Source: Candidatus Fermentithermobacillaceae bacterium
Lineage (GTDB): Bacteria > Bacillota > Sulfobacillia > Fermentithermobacillales > Fermentithermobacillaceae
Reading direction: 5' to 3'
NCBI GenBank assembly: GCA_018052455.1
Contig: JAGPNE010000007.1
Location: 654 to 64,653, forward strand
DNA: 64,000 bases
Every line of letters begins with the position of its first letter. Position 1 is the first letter of the stretch. Of the stretch, positions 26,635 through 36,446 are shown piece by piece. Position numbers and translations under genes: made by a program. The notes beneath the pieces are model-generated. The model saw only the letters and a program-made list of their open reading frames with translations. It was not told the origin of the DNA and ran no database searches.

Positions 26635-28062
26635 ATGCTAGAGCTAGAAACGGTCATAGCCCTGGCTCAGAAATGGGGTGCCGAGTATGCTGATGCGCGG
26701 TACGTGTCTACCAAGAGAGAACCCATATCGGTAGAAAGTGATGGCGCGGTCAGCGTATCCACTTCGAAAAGCACCGGTATTGGGTTGCGGGTGCTCGTGG
26801 ACGGTGCTTGGGGCTTTGCTTCAACCCCATATATGGATGATAGAAGCCTTGGCGAACTCGCGAAAGAAGCCGTAAGAATAGCCGGTGCTTCTGCATTACA
26901 CAAACAAGGGGAAGGTACCAAACTTGAGCCCTTGCCGTCGATTGACGCAAAGTACAGTACTACTTCTAGAATCGATCCATTCAGTGTTGAACCCGAAGAG
27001 AAGTTGGAATACTTGACCGATGCAATTAATGCCGCTAAAGGTATGCCGGATATTTCTCGTGCGCGGGCTTCGATGATTACTTGTTCTGAGGAAAAAGAGT
27101 TTTTGTCGACAGATGGGCGTAGAATCGTCCAGAACCTCTCGTATACAGGAGCATCGGTTTCGGTTACTGCAAGAGGCCAGGGTGATACTCAAGTGAGGTC
27201 TTTCGAAGACTATGCTACTTCAGGATATGAGTTCGTTGTGGGCTTGGACCTAAAGACAAAGATCCAAGAGTTAGCAGAAGAAGCAAAGGAGCTACTTGCC
27301 GCTCCTGTTTGTCCTAAAGGTGTGACTGACCTTGTAATGGGCGGATCGATGACAGCTTTACAGATCCACGAGTCATGCGGGCATCCCGTAGAACTGGACA
27401 GAGTGATGGGATGGGAAACTACTTATGCGGGGACTTCGTTTCTGACACCAGAGAAGAAGGGTAGTTTCAGATACGGTTCTCCGTCAGTGCACTTAGTAGC
27501 TGACGCGACGGTGCCGGGTGGCTTGGGCACCTTTGGATATGACGATGAAGGCCTAGAAGCGCAGAGGACAGACCTCATTGTCGAGGGAATCTTCCAGGAC
27601 TACTTGACTTCAAGGGAACTGGCTCCAATGTTTGGTCAGGAGTCAAATGGCAGTATGCGTGCGGTTGGCTGGGAGAATTTGCCGATGGTGCGTATGACCA
27701 ACATAAATCTGGAGCCGGGTGACTGGACACTCGATGAAATCATACGGGATACAAAAGAAGGGGTTTTTGTAGACACTCCCAAGAGCTGGAGCCTTGATGA
27801 TAAAAGGCTCAATTTCCACTTTGGTCAAGAAATAGCCTATGAGATTAGAGATGGCTCACTGGGTAAGATGCTTAAGAATCCGGCATACACGGGTATGACC
27901 CCTGAGTTCTGGAGATCATGCGATGCGTGCGCCGGAAAAGACGAATGGAGAGTCTGGGGAACTCCTGGATGTGCAAAGGGAGAACCAGTACAGGTGATTC
28001 ACGTAGGACACGGAGCAGCGCCTGCCCGATTCCGTAAGATAAAGGTAGGTGTTGAGGAATGA
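26635..28062 (+). CDS. tldD: TldD family metalloprotease (peptidase U62)
   Basis: HESCGHPVELD HExxxH-type motif. 475 aa. Paired with a PmbA/TldE-like gene. Confidence 0.8.
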   Translation: MLELETVIALAQKWGAEYADARYVSTKREPISVESDGAVSVSTSKSTGIGLRVLVDGAWGFASTPYMDDRSLGELAKEAVRIAGASALHKQGEGTKLEPLPSIDAKYSTTSRIDPFSVEPEEKLEYLTDAINAAKGMPDISRARASMITCSEEKEFLSTDGRRIVQNLSYTGASVSVTARGQGDTQVRSFEDYATSGYEFVVGLDLKTKIQELAEEAKELLAAPVCPKGVTDLVMGGSMTALQIHESCGHPVELDRVMGWETTYAGTSFLTPEKKGSFRYGSPSVHLVADATVPGGLGTFGYDDEGLEAQRTDLIVEGIFQDYLTSRELAPMFGQESNGSMRAVGWENLPMVRMTNINLEPGDWTLDEIIRDTKEGVFVDTPKSWSLDDKRLNFHFGQEIAYEIRDGSLGKMLKNPAYTGMTPEFWRSCDACAGKDEWRVWGTPGCAKGEPVQVIHVGHGAAPARFRKIKVGVEE

Positions 28063-29402
28063 TCGGCAGAGATGACGCACTTAAGGTGCTTGACACGGTG
28101 CTTTCTCTTGGCAAAGGGTTTGATATTGCTGCGCACCTTGTTTCAGAGGATTTAAGCCTTACCAGATACGCAAGGAATCAGATCCATCAGAACCTCAGCC
28201 GCAAGAATCATCTCCTGACAGTGACGACGGTGAAGGGCAAGAAAGTTGGCGCGGCGTCTACCAACTTGTTGGATGAGGGATCTCTGCGATGGGTGGTGCA
28301 GCAGGCGCAGGAGAGTATGGAACTTGCTCAAGAAGACCCCGACCTTCCGCCTCTTTTCAAAGCTGAACCTGCTCCGATCATAAACACATATGTTCCTCAT
28401 ACTGCCCATATGACACCAGAAGATAGAGCGTCTGGCTGTGGGGTCCTGATTTCAGCCTCCCGCGAAAAAGGGATTCTAGCATCTGGAACTTATTCGACGT
28501 TGGTAAGAGAAACAGCCGTCGCGAACACCCCAGGCACTAGAGCGTACAGCTTATCGACAGAGGCCTTCTTCAAGACGGTCGTGGAGTCAGGCGACAATAC
28601 AGGATATGCCGACAGGCTTGTGAGAGACGTAAGAGATATAGACTACGGCGAAGTAGCGAAAGAGGCCATAGGCCGGGCGCTTTGTTTGGATAATCCGGTT
28701 GCCATTGAGCCGGGAAGGTACGATACGATTTTTACGGAGTATGCTCTGGCAGACCTAGTCCGTTTCTTGGGGTATGTTGCTTTTGGCGCTGCGGCGAAGC
28801 AGCGTGGTACGAGTTTCATGGCTACGAAGATGGGGCAAAAGGTCATGGGAGATAACGTGACCATCTGGGATGACGGTCTTGACACAAGCGGCTTTGCTTC
28901 CCCCTTCGACGCAGAAGGTGTCCCTAGGACAAAAGTGGTGTTCATCGATAAAGGTATCGCCAGCGGTGTAGTGTATGATACCAGAACTGCGGCTAAAGAT
29001 GGAGTGGCTTCAACAGGTCACGCGACTTCGGTGATGGGAAGGTCGCAACCAATGCCCCACAACATGTTCATGGCCAGAGGCGATTCCTCTGTTGAAAAGA
29101 TGATCAAGTCCACGGAAAGAGGTATCTTGGTGACCCGCTTTCACTACACGCATTGTCCCGAGCCTATGAGAGTTGTTGCGACCGGCACTACGAGAGACGG
29201 TACATTCCTCATACAGGATGGAGAGATATGCGCCCGAGTACGGAACTTACGGTTTACCGAATCCATGCTTGACGCTTTTTCCAACGTAGAGGCTATCTCA
29301 AGGGATTCTAGAATAGTAAAAGATTGGTGGAGCACGTTCATTTCGGTGCTGCCAGCTGTCAAAATAAGGGACTTCAATTTCACGGGTTCTACAACGTTCT
29401 AA
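28059..29402 (+). CDS. tldE: PmbA/TldE family protein (TldD partner)
   Basis: 447 aa. Paralogous fold to the upstream gene but without the HExxxH motif. Translationally coupled: the start overlaps the tldD stop. Confidence 0.7.
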   Translation: MIGRDDALKVLDTVLSLGKGFDIAAHLVSEDLSLTRYARNQIHQNLSRKNHLLTVTTVKGKKVGAASTNLLDEGSLRWVVQQAQESMELAQEDPDLPPLFKAEPAPIINTYVPHTAHMTPEDRASGCGVLISASREKGILASGTYSTLVRETAVANTPGTRAYSLSTEAFFKTVVESGDNTGYADRLVRDVRDIDYGEVAKEAIGRALCLDNPVAIEPGRYDTIFTEYALADLVRFLGYVAFGAAAKQRGTSFMATKMGQKVMGDNVTIWDDGLDTSGFASPFDAEGVPRTKVVFIDKGIASGVVYDTRTAAKDGVASTGHATSVMGRSQPMPHNMFMARGDSSVEKMIKSTERGILVTRFHYTHCPEPMRVVATGTTRDGTFLIQDGEICARVRNLRFTESMLDAFSNVEAISRDSRIVKDWWSTFISVLPAVKIRDFNFTGSTTF

Positions 29403-29408
29403 TTCCGA

Positions 29409-29450
29409 GACCAAGGGCAGATGTCGAGCATCCGGCATCTTTCCTTGGTC
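29409..29450. terminator. Bidirectional hairpin terminator between the convergent tldE and amidase genes
   Basis: GACCAAGG-GC-AGATG-tcgagcatccgg-CATCT-TT-CCTTGGTC: an 8 bp outer stem plus a 5 bp inner stem. Confidence 0.5.
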
Positions 29451-29469
29451 TTAGTACTGAACATCAACA

Positions 29470-31698
29470 TTACTTGGTGGTTCCGGGCGAAAAATAGGCT
29501 TTCAGTGCATTGAAAATCCCAAGAGCCGCAGCGTCCTGGATGTATGCTTGCTTTAGAAGTTGTTCCTCTCTAGGATTTGAAAGGTACATTACCTCAACCA
29601 GGACTGAAGGGCATAGGGACTCTCTATTTACAAAGAAGTTTGCAGTTCTAATGCCGCGATCGTAAGTACCTACGCTCCTTGTTACTTCGCCCTGAATTAG
29701 CTGGGCCAATCTTCTCGATTCAGACACATTTAACGTGTTTTCACAGATATATGAAGTCGTGCCTGCAATGGATCTGTCTGCGTGAGCGTCGTTGTGGATC
29801 GATACAAAAGCGTGCGCCTTCTGCGACCACGCCGTTCTTTTTGCAAGATCGCCCGAGTATTCGTCTATGTCAGGATTCCAGTCTTCAGGAGGTGTAGCTC
29901 CTTCATAGATCCCATGTCGCGTCATTATGACGGTAGCTCCAGCATCTTCAAGAAGTTTCTTGAGCCTGATAGCTATTTCCCAGTTTGCAACGCGCTCCGC
30001 ATAGCCTGTAGGTCCTGAAGCCCCGGGATCAGTCCCGCCATGTCCAGGGTCAATTACGATGGTTTTACCTGAAAGACCTGGATTATGGAACATGGCTTCC
30101 AAGGAGTTAGGGTTTTTTCTTAGGAGATACGACCCGCTCTGAGATGCATCCAAAGAGAGCGTAACGCCATCTTGTTGAGATGAAATACTGGTTGCCTTGA
30201 CTAGATTACCTTGGATCTCGGAGATCTCGCCTGAATACGATGCTCCGGGCAAGAACATGTTTATTGAAGAACCATTTCTATGCATAGTTGGCCAGGCATA
30301 ACCTAAGGTTTTGACCTCGAGGGTTTCACCGTCCGTACCCGGTTCGATAGTCACTGATGTAATGACAGGTGAGAAAACAAGGACCAATTTTCCTGCATTT
30401 TGTTCCTTTATGACATACGAAGGCTTTTCTTGAAAACTAACTACAACACTATTGCCTTCAACTTTTATGCTCTGAAACTCACAGAAATTTATATCCAGCC
30501 GTCCCGAGGTTCCAAAAGAACTGGACGTAGAAATCTCAAGAACCTTGTCGTCTTCCTTAGATGCAATAGAAGAGGATTCAAATGGACCTTGTACAGTGAA
30601 TACACGCACACTGGAACTTATGTCCAAAGAAACGGAAAAGCCGGGAGATTTTCCTGGAGTTCCTGCGGTTAGCCATGATGCGATCCAGCCTACTATCCCT
30701 TTGGGCGAAATGCACTTTATCCATTGGCCTTCCGTTTCAAGAACTCGAAGAGTATCTCCTTTTTGGACCATTGATATTACCGGGTAGGTTGTGCCGGGAC
30801 CCGAACGGAAGTTGACGTTGGTAGCGTTTACCACGATGGTGCTATACTTACCCATAGACCACGACGACTCAGATACGCCGAATGACAGTGCCGGGTCGGT
30901 GAGGAGGGTGATGACAGTATCCGGACCGTAGACCCATCCTCGTGTTCCACTTGACGTTTCAACTGCGATCCAGGCTCCCCTAGAGGTTATGTACTTGGCT
31001 GAGTTTCCCGGGGCTATGGTTGCCATAGTGGCCGAACCCTTCAGAGGAAACTGGTACACAGTTACAGTACTGCTTCGGGGTCTAACCACCATGTCACCTG
31101 CAGGTTTTTCTGTTTCTTTGATGGAAGGTAGCAGGAGATCTAGTAAATCAGCACGTACCCAACCTGCTTTTCCGGTCCCCAGCGAGAACCTAATCCAGTC
31201 ACCCCTTTTTGCTTCGGCGTAATAGGAATATCCCTTTTGCGTGAGGCCAATTACGGGGTAATCAGTGCCGGGACCTTGGCGTATGTTTACATCAGCTTTG
31301 CTTATGACCGCTTTTATGTTGTGTGAACTCAGATCTATGTCGACAAGCCAATCGGCTATCCATACCTCGTCGTTTTTGTATTTTACCTTTAGCCAGTTAT
31401 TTTCCTTTGTCAGAATGTCTAGCCACGTTCCTTGAAGGACGAGGCCTTTGGAGGGATAGTCAGTCCCGGGGCCGGTTCTTAAGTTGCACGCGTCTCCAAC
31501 CACTATGCCCTTAAACCCTGCAAAATCCGGAGGGATTGAGGGCGTTTCCGATGCGCTAAGCACAGGAGTTGCGGCCAAAAGGTTGGCGGACAAAAGACAG
31601 ATGATCACTGCAAGAGAAAAAGCACTTGAAACCTGGGTTTTCTTTCGCTGCACCTTCTTGTGCCCGTTAGGATGTGCTAATAGATTAAGACTTTTCAT
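29470..31698 (-). CDS. Secreted N-acetylmuramoyl-L-alanine amidase (Amidase_3) with three N-terminal SH3b-type domains
   Basis: Signal peptide (KKTQVSSAFSLAVIICLLSANLLAATPVLSA). Three repeats carry the GPGT[DT]YP SH3b motif. The C-terminal catalytic domain has IVIDPGHGGTDPGA. Likely start is ATG 31698 after a GAGGT SD; the ORF extends to 31788. Confidence 0.8.
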   Translation of the reverse strand: MKSLNLLAHPNGHKKVQRKKTQVSSAFSLAVIICLLSANLLAATPVLSASETPSIPPDFAGFKGIVVGDACNLRTGPGTDYPSKGLVLQGTWLDILTKENNWLKVKYKNDEVWIADWLVDIDLSSHNIKAVISKADVNIRQGPGTDYPVIGLTQKGYSYYAEAKRGDWIRFSLGTGKAGWVRADLLDLLLPSIKETEKPAGDMVVRPRSSTVTVYQFPLKGSATMATIAPGNSAKYITSRGAWIAVETSSGTRGWVYGPDTVITLLTDPALSFGVSESSWSMGKYSTIVVNATNVNFRSGPGTTYPVISMVQKGDTLRVLETEGQWIKCISPKGIVGWIASWLTAGTPGKSPGFSVSLDISSSVRVFTVQGPFESSSIASKEDDKVLEISTSSSFGTSGRLDINFCEFQSIKVEGNSVVVSFQEKPSYVIKEQNAGKLVLVFSPVITSVTIEPGTDGETLEVKTLGYAWPTMHRNGSSINMFLPGASYSGEISEIQGNLVKATSISSQQDGVTLSLDASQSGSYLLRKNPNSLEAMFHNPGLSGKTIVIDPGHGGTDPGASGPTGYAERVANWEIAIRLKKLLEDAGATVIMTRHGIYEGATPPEDWNPDIDEYSGDLAKRTAWSQKAHAFVSIHNDAHADRSIAGTTSYICENTLNVSESRRLAQLIQGEVTRSVGTYDRGIRTANFFVNRESLCPSVLVEVMYLSNPREEQLLKQAYIQDAAALGIFNALKAYFSPGTTK

Positions 31699-31826
31699 AT
31701 GTACTAACCTCGCATCAGTATTTGGGTCGACAAAAGGGTAGAACGCGTTAATCGCGTCTCTTTCTGTTATGACAGTGTTTTTGGCCAAAATGTTCCAAGA
31801 AACGATGCCCGCTATATGTAAGAACT

Positions 31827-31858
31827 AGGCCACAGTCTCCCATCTTGGTACGACTGTG
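31827..31858 (-). terminator. Putative terminator downstream of iscU
   Basis: 9 bp stem GCCACAGTC/GACTGTGGC with a 14 nt loop. The downstream region on the minus-strand transcript is moderately U-rich. Confidence 0.4.
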
Positions 31859-31881
31859 GCTCCATGCGTCTTTGCTACAAC

Positions 31882-32280
31882 CTAACACTCGCTCTCTTGA
31901 GCTAACTGGTCTTTACCCGTCTTACTGTAATAGTCTTGGATTGCCATGTGGACCGCATCTGCAGCGAGATTTGAGCAGTGCAGTTTCTGAGGGGGCAAAC
32001 CATCTAGAGCTTCGGCAACCGTTCGATTGGAGATATCCAGAGCTTCCTCCAAAGTGCGCCCCTTGACTAGTTCGGTGACCATGGAACTTGTAGCAATTGC
32101 TGCGCCACAACCAAACGTCTTGAACTTGATGTCTTCGATCCTGTTATCCTTGACTTTTATGGTCATCTTCATGACATCGCCGCACACAGGATTTCCTACC
32201 AAGCCTACCCCGTCGGGATTTTCAATTTCGCCTACATTTCGCGGATTCATGAAGTGGTCCATTACTCTCTCGTTGTACAT
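31882..32280 (-). CDS. iscU: Fe-S cluster assembly scaffold protein (IscU/NifU-type)
   Basis: GNPVCGDVMKM, FKTFGCGAAIATSS and HCSNLAADA motifs: the three conserved Cys of U-type scaffolds. Confidence 0.85.
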   Translation of the reverse strand: MYNERVMDHFMNPRNVGEIENPDGVGLVGNPVCGDVMKMTIKVKDNRIEDIKFKTFGCGAAIATSSMVTELVKGRTLEEALDISNRTVAEALDGLPPQKLHCSNLAADAVHMAIQDYYSKTGKDQLAQESEC

Positions 32281-32307
32281 GTTATCCCACCTTAGAGTTA
32301 GTCTTGT

Positions 32308-33492
32308 CTAGCGTCCAAATACAGACATTGCCCGCAGTTTTTCTACTATTGGCGGCAATACTTCCAGGACATAGTCGATATCGTCTTTAGTGTTAGATTT
32401 CCCCAATGTCATTCTCAGCGAACCGTGTGCTACTTCGTGAGGAATTCCCATGGCCAGCAGCACGTGAGAAGGCTCTAGTGAGCCTGAGGTACAAGCAGAA
32501 CCCGAGGAAGCTCCAATACCAAGTAGATCCATGTTAAGGAGCATAGACTCTCCCTCTACGTATTTCACGCTCACATTTGCATTGTGAGGCAATCTTTTCT
32601 CAGGGTGGCCGTTTAGGGCCGTATCCGGAATTGTGGACAAGATGCCGTCTATGAGTCTATCGCGGAGCATCTGCAGTCTCTTGGACTCTTCAGGCATTTC
32701 TTTGTCTGCGAGGAGACATGCTGCGCCGAAGCCTACCATTCCAGGAACGTTTTCAGTACCCGCTCTCAACCCTTTTTCATGTATGCCGCCTGTGACTTGA
32801 GGTCTTATTCTGGTTCCTTTTCTTATATAAAGAGCTCCTACGCCTTTGGGACCATATATCTTATGGCTCGACAGGGTCAGCAAATCGACCCCCATGTCGT
32901 CTACCTTAACGGGAATCTTGCCAAGGCTTTGTACCGCATCAGAGTGAAAGAGCACTCCATGTTCTTTAGCGATTTTGCCAATTTCGTCGATTGGTTCGAT
33001 TGTTCCCACTTCGTTATGGCCGTGAATGATGGATATGAGGACTGTTTCCTTTGTGATAGCTTTTCTTACGTCGTCAGGATCAATCAAACCGTATTTGTCA
33101 CAAGGAAGATAAGTTACCTTATAGCCATCTTTGGCCAAGGATTCAAATGTATTAAGAACTGCGTGATGTTCGATCTGACTCGTAATTAGATGCTTGCCTT
33201 TACTCCGCATCGATTCGGCAACGCCCCTAATTGCTAGGTTGTCAGATTCGGTGCCGCCAGATGTGAAAATAATCTCGGATGGATTTGCGCCTATGATTGA
33301 CGCTACCTGTTCCCGAGCTAGATCAACTGCGGTTCGGGCTTGACGTCCCCAGCTGTGGACGCTGGAGGGGTTACCAAATTTATCGCCGAAATATGGCAGC
33401 ATGGCTGCCAGCACCTCGGGTCGTACTGGAGTTGTAGCGGAGTGATCCAGGTACACGGATCTAGTAGCATGCGGTCGACTACCCATGGTCAT
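32308..33492 (-). CDS. iscS: Cysteine desulfurase (IscS/NifS family, PLP-dependent)
   Basis: YLDHSATTP, SSHKIYGPKG (PLP lysine) and SGSACTSG active-site Cys loop. AGGGAG SD before ATG 33492. Confidence 0.85.
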   Translation of the reverse strand: MTMGSRPHATRSVYLDHSATTPVRPEVLAAMLPYFGDKFGNPSSVHSWGRQARTAVDLAREQVASIIGANPSEIIFTSGGTESDNLAIRGVAESMRSKGKHLITSQIEHHAVLNTFESLAKDGYKVTYLPCDKYGLIDPDDVRKAITKETVLISIIHGHNEVGTIEPIDEIGKIAKEHGVLFHSDAVQSLGKIPVKVDDMGVDLLTLSSHKIYGPKGVGALYIRKGTRIRPQVTGGIHEKGLRAGTENVPGMVGFGAACLLADKEMPEESKRLQMLRDRLIDGILSTIPDTALNGHPEKRLPHNANVSVKYVEGESMLLNMDLLGIGASSGSACTSGSLEPSHVLLAMGIPHEVAHGSLRMTLGKSNTKDDIDYVLEVLPPIVEKLRAMSVFGR

Positions 33493-33925
33493 TTTCTCCC
33501 TTCAAATTGTAAGAATCATCTAGTTCAAGTAAATCTTGGAGAGTAATCGAGTTCAGAACACTACTGATGGCATCTCCAACTTTGCGCCATACTAGTCTGG
33601 CCTTGCAGTCCAAGGGGCTGACACAAAAGGAGAAATCATTGTTCACGCACTGGACAGGAGCCACGGGACCTTCTGATATGGTCACAATCTCCCCAATCGT
33701 AATCTGGTCCGGTGGTTTCGCCAGTCTGTACCCGCCCCCATAACCTCTTTTGCTTTGAACAAGGTTTTGTTCCTTAAGCGGTCTCACGATCTGTTCGAGG
33801 TACCCCTGAGAGATGTTCTGGGCCGATGAAATCTCAGATAAAGACGTTAATGCACCGTCTGACTGGGCTAGCTGATACATCAGCAAGACCGCGTAACATC
33901 CCTTTGTCGACAGGGAAAAAGCCAT
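33479..33925 (-). CDS. iscR: Rrf2 family transcriptional regulator (IscR/CymR-like)
   Basis: MAFSLSTKGCYAVLLMYQLA.. wHTH. Three Cys (C..C..C) near the C-terminal half could ligate a cluster. SD GAGGTG. Start chosen at the internal ATG 33925. Confidence 0.75.
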   Translation of the reverse strand: MAFSLSTKGCYAVLLMYQLAQSDGALTSLSEISSAQNISQGYLEQIVRPLKEQNLVQSKRGYGGGYRLAKPPDQITIGEIVTISEGPVAPVQCVNNDFSFCVSPLDCKARLVWRKVGDAISSVLNSITLQDLLELDDSYNLKGENDHG

Positions 33926-33954
33926 TTGATTCACCTCGAATCTGTCATAACACG

Positions 33955-33982
33955 ATAATCCTATTATTGTACTAGGATTAAT
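33955..33982. promoter_or_regulatory. Near-perfect inverted repeat (ATAATCCTA-N9-TAGGATTAAT) about 30 bp upstream of iscR: candidate Rrf2 operator
   Basis: Palindrome read directly from the sequence. It lies in the divergent promoter region between iscR and the TPR gene. Confidence 0.4.
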
Positions 33983-34118
33983 CGGAGTCAATATGGTTTC
34001 GGAAAAAATCGTCAATCGTCAGTAGTCTGAGCGCTTCGACATGGAGGGCAACATAAAGGTATTATATAAGGGAAGATAGAATATGTATGAGACTTCAATA
34101 GTATAGCGAGGGATTATT

Positions 34119-35567
34119 GTGGACATTGATGAGAAGTCCTTGAGAGAGATAATAGAGCGGCTCGAAAAAGAAGTTTCTAAGAGACCTAAGGATGTAGCTA
34201 CTAGGCTGCAACTTGCTTTGTCCTATATGAAGCTTGGAGAGACAGACAAAGCTAAAGAGCAACTTATGAAAGTTACTGAAATTGATAGGCGCAATGTAGA
34301 CGCCTACTACTATTTGGGGATTACTATGGCTGATGCCGAGGAGATTGACGAGGCCAAAGCTGCATGGGAGAAGGTTCTATCCATAGACAAAAACCACAGT
34401 CCATCCTTGTACTTCTTGGGCAAACTTTATGCTTTGGAAGGGAACATTGACGAGGCAATAGCCATGACAGAAAGAGCGCGAAACATAAAGCCTAGCAACA
34501 TACTGGCGCATTCTCAGCTGGGCGAACTCTACTTAGCTAAGGGGAGAGTAAAAGATTCACTGCTAGAGTGGCATGAGGTTCTCAAACTTGATCCGTCAAA
34601 TGTGCAGGCGCTGCATAATGTGGGTGCCATTTATATAGATCTCCAGATGTATGACGAAGCCCTGGATACCCTTGAAAGAGCGGAACGCCTGGGTTCGGAC
34701 GCGCCTTTACTCTATTTCAACAAAGGCTTGTCGTACTTGGGCAAGAAGGAGTATTCCAAAGCGATTGAGTCCTTACTTCAGGCCAAGGAGATGGAACCCG
34801 AAAACACCCACACTATAACCACGCTCGGTGAAGCCTATGCTATGTCAGGTGATCTTGACTCGGGCATGGAGCAATGGAAAGAGGTTCTCTCTAAAGATCC
34901 AAACGATCTGTTTGCCATGTACAATCTAGCGCTTGGGCTGTTCCAAAAGGGCGAGAAAGACGAAGCAATCAAACTATGGGAGAAGTGTGTTCTCATTAAT
35001 CCCAACTATGTTTCTGCGCGTCAAAACCTTGCAACGTGTTTTTTGATGGATAATGAATACGAAAAAGCCATATATCAGTGGGAACAGATCCGCATGTTGC
35101 AGCCGAGCTCGCCTCAACCGATGCTGGTATTGGCGGAGCTCAACTATAGAGCAGGTAATCTCTCCAAAGCCAAAGAAATCGCTGAGGAAGTGTTGGATGC
35201 ACAAAGGCAGACCGAGCCTACAGACATAGACGAGAGGAAGTTCAGATCCGACTGCGAGTTCTTGTCTGGCACGGTGAATCTGGCATTAGGCAATGCAAGA
35301 GAAGGCCTTAAGAACTGGTTAGCGGCGATGAGGTATAACCCCAACTTTGCCCTTGAATCAGGGGCATTCATATCGCGAGCGATCTGGCCGGAACTGATTG
35401 CTTTTGCAAAGGAAAATGCAAAAACTGAAGATGAGAAGAGAGTCGTTAGTTTGGTTGGGAGTTTTGTGAAAGAGGATGCTGAACCTCCTCGCGGTGTAGA
35501 TAGAATTCCAGGTTCTAAGGGGACTGGAAAGGAAGGTTTCAAGTGGCGTCCATGGGAAAAGAAATAG
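34119..35567 (+). CDS. Tetratricopeptide-repeat (TPR) protein
   Basis: 482 aa of ~34-residue repeats (e.g. AYYYLGITMADAEEIDEAKAAWEKVLSIDKNH). Confidence 0.7.
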   Translation: MDIDEKSLREIIERLEKEVSKRPKDVATRLQLALSYMKLGETDKAKEQLMKVTEIDRRNVDAYYYLGITMADAEEIDEAKAAWEKVLSIDKNHSPSLYFLGKLYALEGNIDEAIAMTERARNIKPSNILAHSQLGELYLAKGRVKDSLLEWHEVLKLDPSNVQALHNVGAIYIDLQMYDEALDTLERAERLGSDAPLLYFNKGLSYLGKKEYSKAIESLLQAKEMEPENTHTITTLGEAYAMSGDLDSGMEQWKEVLSKDPNDLFAMYNLALGLFQKGEKDEAIKLWEKCVLINPNYVSARQNLATCFLMDNEYEKAIYQWEQIRMLQPSSPQPMLVLAELNYRAGNLSKAKEIAEEVLDAQRQTEPTDIDERKFRSDCEFLSGTVNLALGNAREGLKNWLAAMRYNPNFALESGAFISRAIWPELIAFAKENAKTEDEKRVVSLVGSFVKEDAEPPRGVDRIPGSKGTGKEGFKWRPWEKK

Positions 35568-36403
35568 GACCCGGCCCAGTCTTTCCTGATGTGGAGGTTG
35601 TCGCGCTTATAGGGCCTAGCGGAACAGGTAAGTCGCATCACGCGATGTGGGTGGCGCAAGAGCAGGGATGCGAAGCAATTATAGATGACGGTCTCTTAAT
35701 CTCTGGCTCTAGGATTGCTGCAGGGAGATCTGCAAAGAGGGAGGAAACCAAACTAGCTGCTGTTAGGAGGGCCGTCTTCACTTCGCCTTCTCATGCTTTT
35801 GAAGTTCGTGCAGCAATTGCCGAGCTAAAGCCCAGGCGCGTTTTAATCCTGGGCACTTCTTTGTCTATGGTAGAGAGGATAGTGGAAAGACTAGGCTTAC
35901 CAAATCCTTCTGTTATCCTAGATATAGCCGATCTGCAGAGCGAAGAGGAGATTATGGAGGCCTTGAGGCATAGAAAACAGGAGGGCAAGCACGTCATTCC
36001 CGCTCCTACGTTCGAGGTCAAAAAGACCTTTTCGGGTTACTTGGTAGATCCTTTGCAGATATTTGTGAGGTCGCGAGAACAAAGGCCAGCCATACTTGAA
36101 AGAAGCGTTGTGAGGCCTACCTATAGCTATTTTGGGAATTTCTACATTGCAGACAATGTAGTGATGCATATCGCAGCCCAAATCTGTTACGAAATTCCAG
36201 GGGTGAAGAAGGTACTAAGGACGATAGTTATCAATACGGGTGAGGGCACGACTCTAGAGGTAGAACTGGCACTGGCTTATGGCGTGCAGGTGTTTTCCGT
36301 CATGAGCGAAGTGCAGACGAAGCTCAAGCAAAAACTCGAGTACCTTACAGGAATCTACTTGGTCAGCGTGGATGTAGTTACAAGGAAAATCAGTTTGGAT
36401 TAG
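35543..36403 (+). CDS. Fusion protein: HPr-kinase-C-like P-loop domain + Asp23/Gls24 (DUF322) domain
   Basis: N-terminus LIGPSGTGKSHHAMWVAQEQGCEAIIDDGLLI resembles the HprK C-terminal kinase domain (GxSGxGKSE...ADD). The C-terminal half (YIADNVVMHIAAQICYEIPGVKKV) carries the Asp23 hallmark. Confidence 0.5.
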   Translation: MASMGKEIGPGPVFPDVEVVALIGPSGTGKSHHAMWVAQEQGCEAIIDDGLLISGSRIAAGRSAKREETKLAAVRRAVFTSPSHAFEVRAAIAELKPRRVLILGTSLSMVERIVERLGLPNPSVILDIADLQSEEEIMEALRHRKQEGKHVIPAPTFEVKKTFSGYLVDPLQIFVRSREQRPAILERSVVRPTYSYFGNFYIADNVVMHIAAQICYEIPGVKKVLRTIVINTGEGTTLEVELALAYGVQVFSVMSEVQTKLKQKLEYLTGIYLVSVDVVTRKISLD

Positions 36404-36446
36404 CGAAGGGGTAAATGATAGTTATGCGCCTACTCCAGACCTACGT

